DNA of 64,000 nt from Xylographa opegraphella (taxonomy: Eukaryota), in the NCBI GenBank assembly GCA_022813865.1, contig JALDZX010000016.1, positions 186,001 through 250,000 of the forward strand, given 5' to 3'. How positions within the stretch are numbered: the stretch's first letter is position 1; every line of letters starts with the position of its first letter. The translations under genes and the position numbers were made by a program. Under the pieces are notes generated by a model. The model saw nothing but the letters and a program-made list of their open reading frames with translations. It ran no database searches and was not told the origin of the DNA. Shown here piece by piece: positions 37,517 through 49,298 of the stretch.

Positions 37517-40416
37517 GGCTCGGCCAAAAGCTATTATGTGGAGTAAACTTATTTTTGGGGGTTTCAGGGGATTATAGAGCGAGGATGTACGACACAAAAA
37601 GGGAAAGAATATGTACTATATGGGCCCCGCGGGACACGAGGTATGAGGCATGAGCATATGATGGCACGGCACTTGGCGATGATACCCGGACGATGATGGT
37701 GGTAGCATTTTGGCCTCTATGTAATTATCTATTCTTTGCAATCATATACAACTATCACCTGCCTTCTCTACGAGGCAGGAATGCTTTGACGGCTTTGTGA
37801 CTTGTGACAGTCCTTGCATTCGATGTATGCTACCTATCTCAAACAGCCATCGCCCAGGTTCACATTTTGTCCCATGTCACGTGTGCTTACTCATGTCGCA
37901 TCGCAACCTCCTGCGGCAGCCCTGACCTCATGCGCACGGCAACATCTGCTCTCTCTTCATCCAATATGCAACTGGCAAGATAGATATGTACAACAGACCT
38001 GCCATCGGGCTCCACAAGCTCTCCGTCTCTTAGAAAGGACCCTGATCGCAGCTGACATGCTGAAAACGACCTTCAATATCCGTCGGATGACCATTCATAC
38101 ACATCGATCGAGAATCGGAGCTCCTGAACTCTGCGCCGAGGCTCCTGCTTCCTCGGATCCAGGGTCTCATGCTTCGAGGGGCTCTGGTTTCGTGTGGTTG
38201 GAGGCTTGGCCAGGGAATGGAGTCTTCGTTGTGGAGAATATGGGTGCGACGGCGAGTTGGTCTGGCAGGTTACTTTTCCTTGTTATCGTTAGAGAACTCG
38301 TTCTGCAGAAACATACATCCGCAGGGGAAATAAATTCTGTTTCAAATATGCTCAGATATTTCATTTGTAACAAATTTATGCTTGCTTGAGTGCTGCTACA
38401 TAAAATGCGCCCCCGCGATATTAATGGCAGTGGCAGTGCCCTCACCTGTTCACGATATTTACCATCTAACCCCAAGGAAAAGCAAAGGGAATGAACACTA
38501 GCCAGCCAACGTACTACATCTCCAGCGCAACCCCAAAAAAAAAAAATCCTTCTAGACAAGACCAGGACTCGAACCCGCAACACGAACCAGCAGCACGATC
38601 CCCCCCAAAAAAAAACTTCGAGCAGCAGTCAGTGATTGACATCCCGACCAATCACCATGAAAAGGCCCTATATGTTTTCGTACTGGAGCGGCCTGTGTTG
38701 CTGTCTCACTGGGATGAACTGTGGGCATATGCAGTGGCGTTACTGTATCCCGGATCACTGCACTCGCTGCAGAGTAGGAGGCTGAACCACCAAGGCGCGC
38801 GTACGACTGCACCATCCGATATATTTAGCGACGCTGAATTAAAAACTATATTGTTATTTCCGTGGGCTGGGACTCAGCCTTATGGCCCCCCCGCCTTTAT
38901 CGATGCCCACTTCTTGCTTTTTTGCTTGTGGATGTTTCGATGGGGAGGTTGAGTGTTCTCTACGCTTTTAGCTATGTGTGGATTGATGTTGAGATGCGAG
39001 CTTGTGTTTCTCATAACTTTTTACTACTGGCCCAGAGGCTGCGCATTAGGTACCTATTTCGCAGATGCTATACATGTATATGCTCTATATACCTTCATCC
39101 CCACCCACACATACCCAACTGCCCACTTTCATACGCTCACAAGATTTTCTTCTCGACAACCAACCCCAACGGACAAAATCATCAATTCCTCAGCAGCCAG
39201 CAGCCAGCCAACACACAACAAGCCAACCCACGGGTATGACCACCTGCCTACCTCCTACTCAACTATACAAGATACGGATGCGATAGACCACACAGTACCC
39301 CCTTTCCGACGACACTGGCAGTACCTCCTTCCTATCCAGAAACAGACCTTCTTCCCTCACCACGTCCCATTCTGCCCACGCTTCCCCCTTTCCCGAGGAA
39401 AGCTAGCACCCAGGCCGTCGCTGACACGCACACGGCTCACTCCGCACCCCCCCCCTCCCCGGCAGTTCTAGGACGAGGCTGCGCTCCATCACCGTCGATA
39501 CCCAAAGGCGTAGCGACTGCCGCTCTAAGCCGAGTGCGCGATGGGCTTGCTGCTTCGGGACGAAAGGGGGCTGCTATACACCTATACCACTCCACCGGCC
39601 AAACGTGACCGGTATCGAGAGCGGGAGTTGTATACGCACCAAGACGAGCAAGGGCGCTGGCAGGAAATACATAAGGGTAGAGAGGCCTCAGCTCGAGGGC
39701 TGTGGGCGTTGATCGTGAAAGCTAAAGGACGGCCAGGGTGGATATGCAGTAAGGCGGGGAGGGAGAGAGGGAGGTGCTTAGACGGGACATAATAGCGCCG
39801 CGACCGAGCCCTGAGTTTCCCTCGCGGGGAATGATGGCGGTTTGGGGGTGGATACCGGGAGGAGTAGCAAACGGAGAAGAGTCAGGGTTGGTGTGGACTT
39901 GGCCTTTATATGGGCGCTACACGGACTTATCCATGCAGGCACGACAGCGCGAAGGAGAGGTTTGGAGGAAATCAAGCCGTCCGTTAAGACGGATTATCAA
40001 TTCAATTTTTATTTTTTGCATACGCGAGCCGGAACGAGGCCGGCTGGAGAGCGGCGGCGCGCTCCTGGTGACCGAGTATGTACTGCGAATTGATATCCGC
40101 TGCTGGGATTCCCGAGGCAGTGTCCACTCCCTCGCAGGCGGTGCGCAGCATCCCCCATCATCAAGACACCAGGATCGCAACCCCGTCACCCTGTATCCTT
40201 TCTCATCGCGTCATGACCGGAGAAGCTGGTGGGGGGGCACGTCCAGCGAAGCACTGACGACCAATGCAAGCCCGCACCAACTTACACGTATGTGAATGCT
40301 CAATGATCCATATCTACAAATGTTGCTCCCCCACATGATCCCGCATTATCCCCAACCACATTACCGCTTAACAGCCAAGACCCATACCCATATACACACT
40401 CAACATCAGCCATGAA

Positions 40417-41698
40417 TCATCGCCTATAATACGTCGGGCCGATGGAGTCCCAGTGCTGCTCGTGGCCTCCCATCTCCACCGGACTGGTCATGCCCATCGC
40501 CGGGCTGCGACCTCCCCGAGGGCTCTCCATCTCGGCGACCGTGGGGCCGTAGGACACCGTCGAGGCGTGCTTGGGCTCGATGGGCTGGCTGTATACGGGC
40601 GCGGGCTGGTACGGCGTAGTTTGCGCCGTGGATTTGCGCCGGCGGAGGTAGTAGACGACGAGCCCGATCAGGAGAATCAGGGCGGCAACTGCGCCGATGA
40701 CGATGCCTGCGATGGCGCCTCCACTCAGGCTGCTGGCGCTTGAGGTAGAGGCGACGGCGGCGGCGGAGGTTGTTTGAGCGCCCGCCGTACCCGTGGTCGT
40801 ACTGGCGAGTGCGGTCGATGTGGGCGTGAAAGCTGCAGAAGTAGCGGTTGAGGTCTGGCTAGACGCAGAACCGGATTGGACGCCGTTGGCAGTGAGGTTT
40901 GCATAAGCGGCGCAATCGGGGTTGGGCTCGGCCAGGGGGCAGTTGTCCGCTTGACACAGAGATAGGAGCTGAGGGCCTTGGGCTGGATTCGTGGTTATGG
41001 GTGGAGCGCAGCGGACGTTGTACATGCTGTTTAGGTTTGTGTCCAGAGTCTGGCTGTCTTGATCAGAGAAGCCGAAATGCAGGGTAGCCAGGCTGAGTTG
41101 ATTGATAAAGTGGCCGAGATCCGTATAATTGAGATTCATATACTTGTGAACATAGGCCAGACTCAGTGGTGGCCCATTGGATGGCGGAGAAGGGGGAGGC
41201 TCCGAGCAGCCGAATATGTGAGCAAAAGAAAGGAAAAAGTGTTGGAACAGACGACTGTGTAGATAAGTATTAGTATGAGTTGTGCGGGCTAAAGGCCAGA
41301 ACATACTACTGATTGCTCGTGTTTGTCAAAACAACACTTGATGTCAAGCCATTTAAGTAGCCGTACAAAGGATCCAAGCCTCCATCATCAAGCCAGTCAA
41401 TCCCAACTGGCTGATTATTGAGGTTTGTAGAATCAATGACACCATTGAACCACGGCTGGAGATCCACATCGAGACCTTGAAAGGTGCCCGGATTTAGGAT
41501 ACCGGTGATATCGGAAGACACATTTGTCAAGTTGGATCCGCCACTGAAAGCCAGTGCGACGATACTTTGAATGAGCTGGAACTGCGTCGCACTAGAGTTC
41601 ATGCCATACAGACTTTCGGCATAATAATCGCATATCGACGCATTGCTTGGACGTTGAGCCAGACTCACTCCGAAGAGAAGCGCAAGAACGAAAATCAT
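40417..41698 (-). CDS. Single-pass cell-surface protein: signal peptide, Cys-containing globin-like ectodomain, Ser/Thr stalk, TM helix, cytoplasmic tail
   Basis: Exons 41698-41307 and 41254-40417 (409 aa). Signal MIFVLALLFGVSLA, then SICDYY...WLDDGG...SNQYRLFQHF...FGCS...SLAYVHKYMNL...RCAPP...LCQADNCPLA, an S/T/A-rich stalk, TM GAIAGIVIGAVAALILLIGLVVYYL, then RRRK. Confidence 0.85.
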
Positions 41699-42700
41699 CT
41701 TGGAGACTCAGAGACTCTCTTTTTGCTTCATGGATTGGGTGAAACAATCCGACGCCGAACTTTGGATGTACTTGTGGGGACTTCAAGGGTATTGGCATCG
41801 GACCCCGGCCATCAGCCTCGAGCCCATGCTGACCAGTCCATGATTGTTGGCATGTTGACCAACATTCTGATTGGTTTCTCTGTCGAGCTAAGCGCTGGGG
41901 ATGCGTGCTGCCGGCTTGCATTTCAACAGAACGATCATTCACAATTCCGCCTACCTACCTTAGGCAATTGATATGCAGACACCACGTAGCAAGTGGTTCT
42001 TGCGGTAGCGAGTCCCGGAAAGAGGCCAGTGATCTGGTGGCGATCAGCTTACTGCAGAAAATCAGGCACGGCGAAACCGGTAGCAGTCTCCTTTCCAAGG
42101 CCTGGTGATGAGGAGCATGCGAAGACGTAGACCTGAAGGTAAGGACTATATCATCAAGGTGAGCTCAGCAGTTGTTCTCAATAGACGCAACATCAGGGAT
42201 GAAATTGTGCCTTCGTTCGTACTCCGTACCTTGGTCAGGCTGAGATCGCTTGCAGCGTGCTGACATAGTGCAAGGCTACGCCGCTATCGAAGTTGTTTTG
42301 TTGTCTAAGATATCCAGTAATATTCTAGCTTGTACGCCACGAACAAGCATCACACGGTTGAATTGCGATCGCTCCGGCGCTTCGGGCGAGCCTTCCATGA
42401 GAGGTGTCTTGCCGCGGCAGGCAAGCTGTGCTTATCGCAGTTCTCACCCCATGTGCAGCAGGCGGAGTAATCCACAACAGTTCTGGAAATTAGCCTCGAA
42501 CGCTGCTCTCGCTGCTCAGACCAGTCTCGTATACATGCAGCACGCTAGAAATGCAAATCGGAGTTCAAGTCCTACAAAGAGCAAACAACGAGTGAAGAAG
42601 TATGGCAACAGTCTTCAATGTTGCACGATGCGGAGTTCCCGGCGGATCCGGACGGGCTAGGGCGGCCGACTGCCGACAGCTTCTGCGCACAGAAGAACGC

Positions 42701-44599
42701 TCAATCTAGGATGATTTCCTCAAGGCTCCCTTCGTCATATCCTTGGAGTGCTTGTCCGTCCATCAGGCCGTGAACATAGCACTCTCCCACAAAGAGATAA
42801 TGCCCATTTTTCTTGGGTCGGATGAGATACGGGACTTGACCTCCAAGCACAACGCACACGACATCGCCTTCCTCCGCTGCTTCAGGAGCCAGTCCAATGT
42901 ACCCGCCTCGGGTTATGAAGAAGATTCGTTCTTTCATTGCAAACTTGAACTCCTTCTTCATCTCACCAGTCTCCCAGTTGATTGGCTCGAATGCCACGTT
43001 TTCTCCTGTACTTAGTCTTACATGTTGTGCTGACTTCATGGGATCCGGATTTGAGATCCATTTGACATCGGCGCACAAGGTTTTGTCGAATGCGCTTTTC
43101 AGATCATCGTTTGCATGCAAGTACCGTATCTGGGTAAGACTCTCATAGCTCAGGTCTAAATTTCCACGATCCCATTCTCTACCATAGGTTACTATCAGCT
43201 CTTTCCAATGCGCTAAAGTGGGTCCTAAGGTAACATTTATTTCAGAAGGAGATCGTCCACTGGCCAAAAATTGCTTCTTGTACATGGCGTCAACCACATT
43301 TCGTGGATTCACGAACTCCCACTTCGTGCCGGCGGCTGCAATCGTATCGGGGTAACAACCAACCAAGGTCAGGGTCTTCGAGTCGTCAGAAAAAGAAAAC
43401 TTCGCGGGCTTTCCTCGACTGGCATTGTAGAGACGGACACTTCCATCTCGCTCACCGTTCTTTTCGAGAGTATGCCCGTATATCTTACGGCTGTAATTTG
43501 GCGCCCAGGACACTATGTCGTCAGCAGTTAGGCTACATTCTTCCAGGAGGTCGAGGGTATTATGCTCCTCAATATACTGCCGAGCAAAAGACCTATAGAC
43601 TTCCCCGACCGAAAGACTATAGTCTGGAACAATAGCAGAGCCCCCTTTCACAAGCCCAAGGGCAGCATATATCTTATCCCGAGCATTAGTAGCGTCTAGT
43701 CTTCGAATAAAAAATAGGGCGTCTCTCAAGTCAACTGCGGGAGCATCGTGAGATGTGTCTCCATACGCTCTCCATAGACTTAACAATGACATCGCATTCT
43801 CCAGAACCCATGCCTGATTAATTATCACATTGCCCGTGATGTAGGAAGCGTTATCGGCTTGTTCAGTGGCCATGTCTGACATTAACATAAGGGTTTCCAT
43901 AACATCGCATATCGACGCCGCATCAAACCCACAAAGTAGGACCGCGTGGGAAGAGACGACCGCCTCTTGGAACACCCAAGCGCGGCTCCACCAGCAACAC
44001 GAGAGAACCTGGCGTATAGCTAACCAGCACTGGGAGTCAGTGCCAACAGCCTCAATAATGGAAACCAGGCCTGCCATGCGATCCTTTGCGAGCAAATCAA
44101 AGAACCGCTCCCGTCGAGCATTGGCGACCTCCTCAATCTTGTAGAGCGCAAGCTTGCTCCCTTCCTGAGCCGGACCGAGCCAGATTATAGTGTAGGAACC
44201 CCCTTCGTATATCTGCCTCATCAGTAGAACTTGAGAATTGCGCTCCGGTATATTCATTTGATCTATGCAGATTGCATCGATCCACAATGGCACATCGTTC
44301 TTTTTTACACCACGAATATGGCGTAATGCAGACTCCAGGTTCAGCCGTATCTGGAAGCTCTTGCCATTGAGACTCACTGTCCTTGTCTGTTTGGGGTCGT
44401 CCCAGTCCGGAGGAAGTCCGAGGTATGGTGTTCCCCATGTATACGACAGTGGTACGTATGGCTCGTGGTTCAGATCGCTGAGAGATATCCGGAATAGTTC
44501 CAGCTCGATATCATCGGTGAACACATCTGTGAGACAGAGTCTCACGAGTCGAATCTCTGACAGTTTCTCATCGAGCTCTTCGTATTCAAAAGCTGCCAT
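42701..44599 (-). CDS. Heterokaryon-incompatibility (HET-domain, HET-6-like) protein
   Basis: Intronless 632 aa. Motifs: EIRLVRL, YVPLSYTWG, LWIDAICIDQ...ERNSQVLLMRQIY, IIWLG, WWSRAWVFQE, RDKIYAALGL, and a HET-6-type tail FFITRGGYIGLAP...GDVVCVVLGGQVPYLIRP...VGECYVHGLMDGQ. Confidence 0.93.
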   Translation of the reverse strand: MAAFEYEELDEKLSEIRLVRLCLTDVFTDDIELELFRISLSDLNHEPYVPLSYTWGTPYLGLPPDWDDPKQTRTVSLNGKSFQIRLNLESALRHIRGVKKNDVPLWIDAICIDQMNIPERNSQVLLMRQIYEGGSYTIIWLGPAQEGSKLALYKIEEVANARRERFFDLLAKDRMAGLVSIIEAVGTDSQCWLAIRQVLSCCWWSRAWVFQEAVVSSHAVLLCGFDAASICDVMETLMLMSDMATEQADNASYITGNVIINQAWVLENAMSLLSLWRAYGDTSHDAPAVDLRDALFFIRRLDATNARDKIYAALGLVKGGSAIVPDYSLSVGEVYRSFARQYIEEHNTLDLLEECSLTADDIVSWAPNYSRKIYGHTLEKNGERDGSVRLYNASRGKPAKFSFSDDSKTLTLVGCYPDTIAAAGTKWEFVNPRNVVDAMYKKQFLASGRSPSEINVTLGPTLAHWKELIVTYGREWDRGNLDLSYESLTQIRYLHANDDLKSAFDKTLCADVKWISNPDPMKSAQHVRLSTGENVAFEPINWETGEMKKEFKFAMKERIFFITRGGYIGLAPEAAEEGDVVCVVLGGQVPYLIRPKKNGHYLFVGECYVHGLMDGQALQGYDEGSLEEIILD

Positions 44600-45839
44600 T
44601 GTAGTGTATCTATAGTTTTTGCTGATAGACTCATCCTCTCCGGCTTAGATAATTCGAGTGAGGATGTAGCTGCAAGCCATCTTTCGGAATCAGATGGAAA
44701 CGGATAGTTCGTATAGATCCACATCATATGTTCTCCGTGTTCATATTATCGTAAAGGCTCACATCTTTGCATTGTCTTCATTCGATGAAATGAAGTCGCA
44801 ACTACGGAGTGTAAAGTGGGCATTAGGCTGCAACTCATAGCGGCAGCACATGTCTGAGTTAACCGAAAACTACCATTACAATCCTGGCCGAGCGGGCGTA
44901 TGGGATATGAAGGGCTTATCACCAGTATCAATGCTATGAAACTTGTCTTATAGAGTATTGCCAACCCGGTCAAGCTTGAGTCAGCACGGCTTGTAAAACA
45001 ACTCGCAATCATTGCTAATAGTCCCCCGAATATCCTAAATCACGAAGAGTGAGCCCCATCCCGCTATATAGAGGTCGTGCTGGAGGACACTGGCACACCC
45101 CTCTCCTCAGAGCGGAAAGGATGATTCGTGTCCCAGAGCGAGCCTGCAGATACTGTCTTGCAGTATTCGTTACTTATTCTTGCCTCGCCGCTGACACCTC
45201 GGCTTCCCCAAGCCCTGCAGCGAGGGCCTGGTAACCTCGGTGCTTTAGCCTGTCATATGAATAGTGGTGCTGAAAGATCTAAAGCACAGGCAGACCAAAG
45301 CGGAGCATTTCGAATGGATTCTGGAGCTTTATTAGTTGAATGCAGTAAGTCATTGTAAGTGATGACGACCAGCAGGACTAGCGATAAAGCAGTGAAGGAA
45401 AAGAGCATCGATATTGACCGGAAGTGTTCACTGGTCCTTCAGAGGTAAGAACGGACTGAGTCTTTGCTTGCGCGGCATCCGTAGATACATCAAGATCGAA
45501 AAGAGAAACATGTCGGTAAAAGTAACGAGACTTTGTGGCTTAGAAGAAGCAAAATTATCCGAAGATACTCAAATAACAGAGGGTCAAACAGGAGATTATA
45601 GAGTGCTGCATGAACGTGGCGGGACACAGCATTTCATAAGTAGCCACGGCGCAGCGCATCAAAGTGCCTCGCCACGTTGTTATAACTATTGTTCGCAGTC
45701 GTTGATAGACTATTTTGTTTCTTTGAAGCTGATGTGCTTAAGGGGAGTTCGAGCCATGCCTAAGCCATTGGGACTATGATCCACAGCTGTAAGCATCAAA
45801 AATGGAGAGAACAGAAACATGGCCGTGCAAGAAAGGCAC

Positions 45840-46957
45840 TCATGATGATTGTCGAAAAGAGCTGCTAAGCTTCTGTTGCGGAACAGGACCTACTATCGCG
45901 ATCGCACATACTACTGATGGGCACATTGGTGGCTGAAACGACTCAGTCTTCCACATTCGCCCCAGATTATACAACCTCAAGAAACGCGGCAAGTAGCTCT
46001 CATCCATCGTGATCGAATAGCACCGATGAAAAATTGAAGTGTTGCAAGGCGATACAAAAGGAAGAAGGTTGAAGTTTTCTTGTCGAAGAAGCTGCGTGGA
46101 TCGAGACCAAAATTTCCGTAACAATCAATCGCTAATTGCTGTCATTCACGTGTCCCATGGCCAGCCACACACGCAGAATGATAAGTTAAAGACGATGGGA
46201 GAAAATTGGAATTCTCAGCTTCCCTAGCATACAACGCCCCTTCCTGGGACTTGTCCTTTTGCTCCGCGAATGTCGCTATGATTGTAGTGAAGATCACGCT
46301 CGTTGAGCGAAGCGAAGAACACATCAGTTTCGCAACCCATAAAGATGCTTACGAGCACGAGATTAGATGTCGTGGACTGCAGCTTCTTGGTCAGACTCCG
46401 TATACATCATGAGCGAAAAGATCGTGCTCGGCAAGATAGACTTCGCTGTAAAAGGGGACGAAGTCCTGACGCTTTGGGACAGCAATTTTGGAAGCGGCGA
46501 GCTTGTTGTCAGTGGGTTTGGCGGCAGCCTTGCTGTCGATTGTCTTCACGACAGCTAGTCGTAGGTTTGGCATCAGCCGTGCCATCATTGACTTTACGTC
46601 CGTCTCGGGCTTTGCGTCCACTTTCTCGGTATCGCAGCCTATTGCAGTATTATTTTGGCTCCTGACTGCTCTCCTGGCTTGTTGTCAGCTTCAGAAGGAG
46701 GCTTGATGTCTTTGGCATTTTGTAGTCTCATGGAATCCTTGGGTCTCGTGGTATCCTCTCTAAAGACACCCGTTCAGCTTTTTCAGCATCTTACTTCGTC
46801 TGCTTCAACTTATCGCTGTCGAATTTGACTTTTTAGTGGCTCTGAATTTGTTTTCCCTGCTAACTGGAGCAGCTGCCTTCTGGCCAGCTTGCACATCTGC
46901 CTTCCTGGTCCGTGCTTGAGCTACCCGTTGTTATCCTTAAGTATTCGTGTTTTCCAT
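45840..46957 (-). pseudogene. Possible decayed gene of unknown function
   Basis: A run of protein-like segments in shifting frames, broken by stops (QRVAQARTRKADVQAGQKAAAPV; DIKPPSEADNKPGE; QDFVPFYSEVYLAEHDLF; LVLVSIFMGCETDVFFASLNERDLHY; YLPRFLRLYNLGRMW). No family recognised. Confidence 0.3.
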
Positions 46958-47737
46958 CTTTGCCAAGATGATATGGTAGATAGAAGAGGTAATACAGATA
47001 TATAGTAACTATCATGGTCGTATACAATGGCCAGAGCAGATGACTACGCCAGCTCGGCGGCAGTAGGATGATGAACATGAAAGAAATATCACGATCATGT
47101 CACGCCGCCACAATTGGCATTGTTTCTGGGCAGAAATGTTGGTATGATACCTAAGTGGCTCAAATGAAGTAGTAACGATGAAGAATGCTGTCTTACTTAG
47201 ATCGTATTGCGATGAAAAGGAAATTGCCAAAGGAGGTACAAACGAGGTAAAAAGTACTGCGACCAACGCAGCCACTAAGTCCTGCTAGAAATCTTCCGTC
47301 CAAAATCTTCTCGGCACATGAGACAGTTTTTTCAAGAAAGGTGAAGGTGTTGCATGGTCTTCGGATCAACGCAATTGCAGAACACGAGCATAACTAGAGA
47401 TCACGAACGAATGCCTTGCCAATTAATAAGCTGGCACTGCCGAGTCCGGATAAGGTGATACTATCAGCTTTGAGGTCGTGGGAGAAAAATCTACTTGGGT
47501 TGTTCTCGCGAGCCTCGTAACCAGTAATCGGCAGTTACGGTGGAGCTCGTAAGCGTAAAGCAATCGCTTATGATTCTCACCGTTATACTGAATTTTGACG
47601 TTGTGCTAAGCCGGTCCTGAGATGATGTTGAGATTGCCTGATGTATCGTGGATAGGAGCAAGAAATATTGCTAAAATGTCACAATATCCTGGTCTTAAGC
47701 TAGTCCCAAAGGATCGACAAAATCAATTTACACGCCA

Positions 47738-47753
47738 GCGCGTGAGAACGCGT
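47738..47753. promoter_or_regulatory. MCB (MluI cell-cycle box) elements upstream of PCNA
   Basis: ACGCGT at 47748-47753 plus GCGCGT at 47738-47743, about 200 bp upstream of the PCNA start. MBF/MCB control of PCNA is established in yeasts. Confidence 0.5.
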
Positions 47754-47945
47754 TCCATCCCTACATTGCGAACCGCTGCGAGTTTTGCTCTTAGAGTGCC
47801 ATTCTTTGTTTGCTCATTCTTGCTCAGCGGGACTAAAGTTCTCTGTCATCTTTGAGTACACAAGGGTTTCTGCAAACACCGCTACAATTGAAGTCTTGCG
47901 CCTCTCCGACTCTCGCATCCTGCTTCAACTGCTCCTCATATAAAC

Positions 47946-48976
47946 AGTACGTCACTCTTGTTACCACGAAGTCACAAGGATAATCGACTAACTACATCTC
48001 GGTATATAGTGCTTGAGGCACGGTTAGAGCAGGCCAATCTGCTTAAGAAGGTCTGCAAACCAGAGCTACAATACCAAGAACTGGCTAACTTTTGGGATAG
48101 GTCGTAGAAGCGATTAAAGACCTAGTACAAGACTGTAATTTCGACTGCAATGATTCTGGAATCGCTCTTCAGGCCATGGACAACTCCCATGTGGCGCTGG
48201 TCTCAATGATGCTCAAAGCCGAGGCGTTCTCCCCTTTCCGATGTGATCGAAACATCGCACTTGGTATCAACCTCACATCCTTGACCAAGGTTCTACGATG
48301 TGCACAGAACGAGGATATCTTGACACTGAAGGCCGAGGATGCGCCGGATGTGGTGAATCTGGTTTTCGAAAGTTCAGACAGCGATAGGCTGAGCGAGTAC
48401 GATATCAAGCTCATGGACATAGACCAGGAGCATCTTGGAATACCCGAAACAGAATATGCTGCGACTATCACAATGCCATCGGCTGAGTTCCAAAAAATCT
48501 GCAGGGACTTGATGGCACTGTCCGAGTCAGGTATAACAATTCAACAATCTACATGAGCTTGATTAGGCTCTTTATCCTGATAACTCTGTTAACCTCGTCT
48601 TAGTTGCGATCGAAGCCACAAAGGAAGGTGTCAAATTCGCATGCCAAGGAGATATTGGCAATGGTTCAGTTACACTTCGAAGCCACACCAATGTTGACAA
48701 GCCTGATCAGAATGTTGAGATTGAGCTCACCGAGCCGGTGGCTCTCACTTTCTCGCTGAAATATCTCGTCAACTTTTGCAAGGCCAGCGGTCTATCCTCT
48801 TCGGTCAAATTATGTCTATCCAATGAGGTCCCTCTATTGGTTCAATACGAGCTTTCTTCGAACAGCTACCTTCGGTTTTATTTGGCACCAAAGGTATGGG
48901 AGTCTCGTCGTATTTCGTCGTATTTGAAGAACAAGGGATAGCGACTAACGTTCAATAGATTGGGGATGAAGAATAG
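47946..48976 (+). CDS. POL30: Proliferating cell nuclear antigen (PCNA)
   Basis: The start codon is split as A(47946)|intron|TG(48010). [77 protein letters not shown]. Confidence 0.97.
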
Positions 48977-49298
48977 AGGTTGTGTAGAAAATTGGGCGGT
49001 GAGCGTCAAGTTTTTATCAGCTGCAGAGTTGCCTAAAACCATGGGAGTCCCACGATTAGAAGATGCGTCTGAGCAAATCAGGATAGCAGTATTTATGAAT
49101 CTATTACAGCGTCATTTAGCCAAAAGTGTGCCTACAATGTGTTCCAATGGAAATGATAACCGATCTCCTTAAGCGAGACTAGACTAGCCTTGTCGGATGT
49201 CAAAGACGACCCAGGACATATGCAGATAGCAACCACGCCGAACCTTTCCCCTATCCTACCTATATCTTATGAAGAATGGAAGGACTAAATAGTTATCC

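Noticed and set aside
38535..38600. Perfect Pol III B-box (GGTTCGAGTCC, minus strand, 38575-38565) followed by a T-run, suggesting a tRNA or SINE
   Set aside because: No cloverleaf can be folded: the T-stem is only 4 bp, there is no acceptor-stem partner, and a T9/G7 run sits where the anticodon arm should be. The same 11-mer also occurs at an ADE13 splice donor (~53691), so chance is plausible. tRNAscan-SE would settle it.
37517..40416. 2.9-kb region with ORFs up to 191 aa and homopolymer runs
   Set aside because: No coherent exon chain, domain motif, terminal repeats or transposase/RT signature found.
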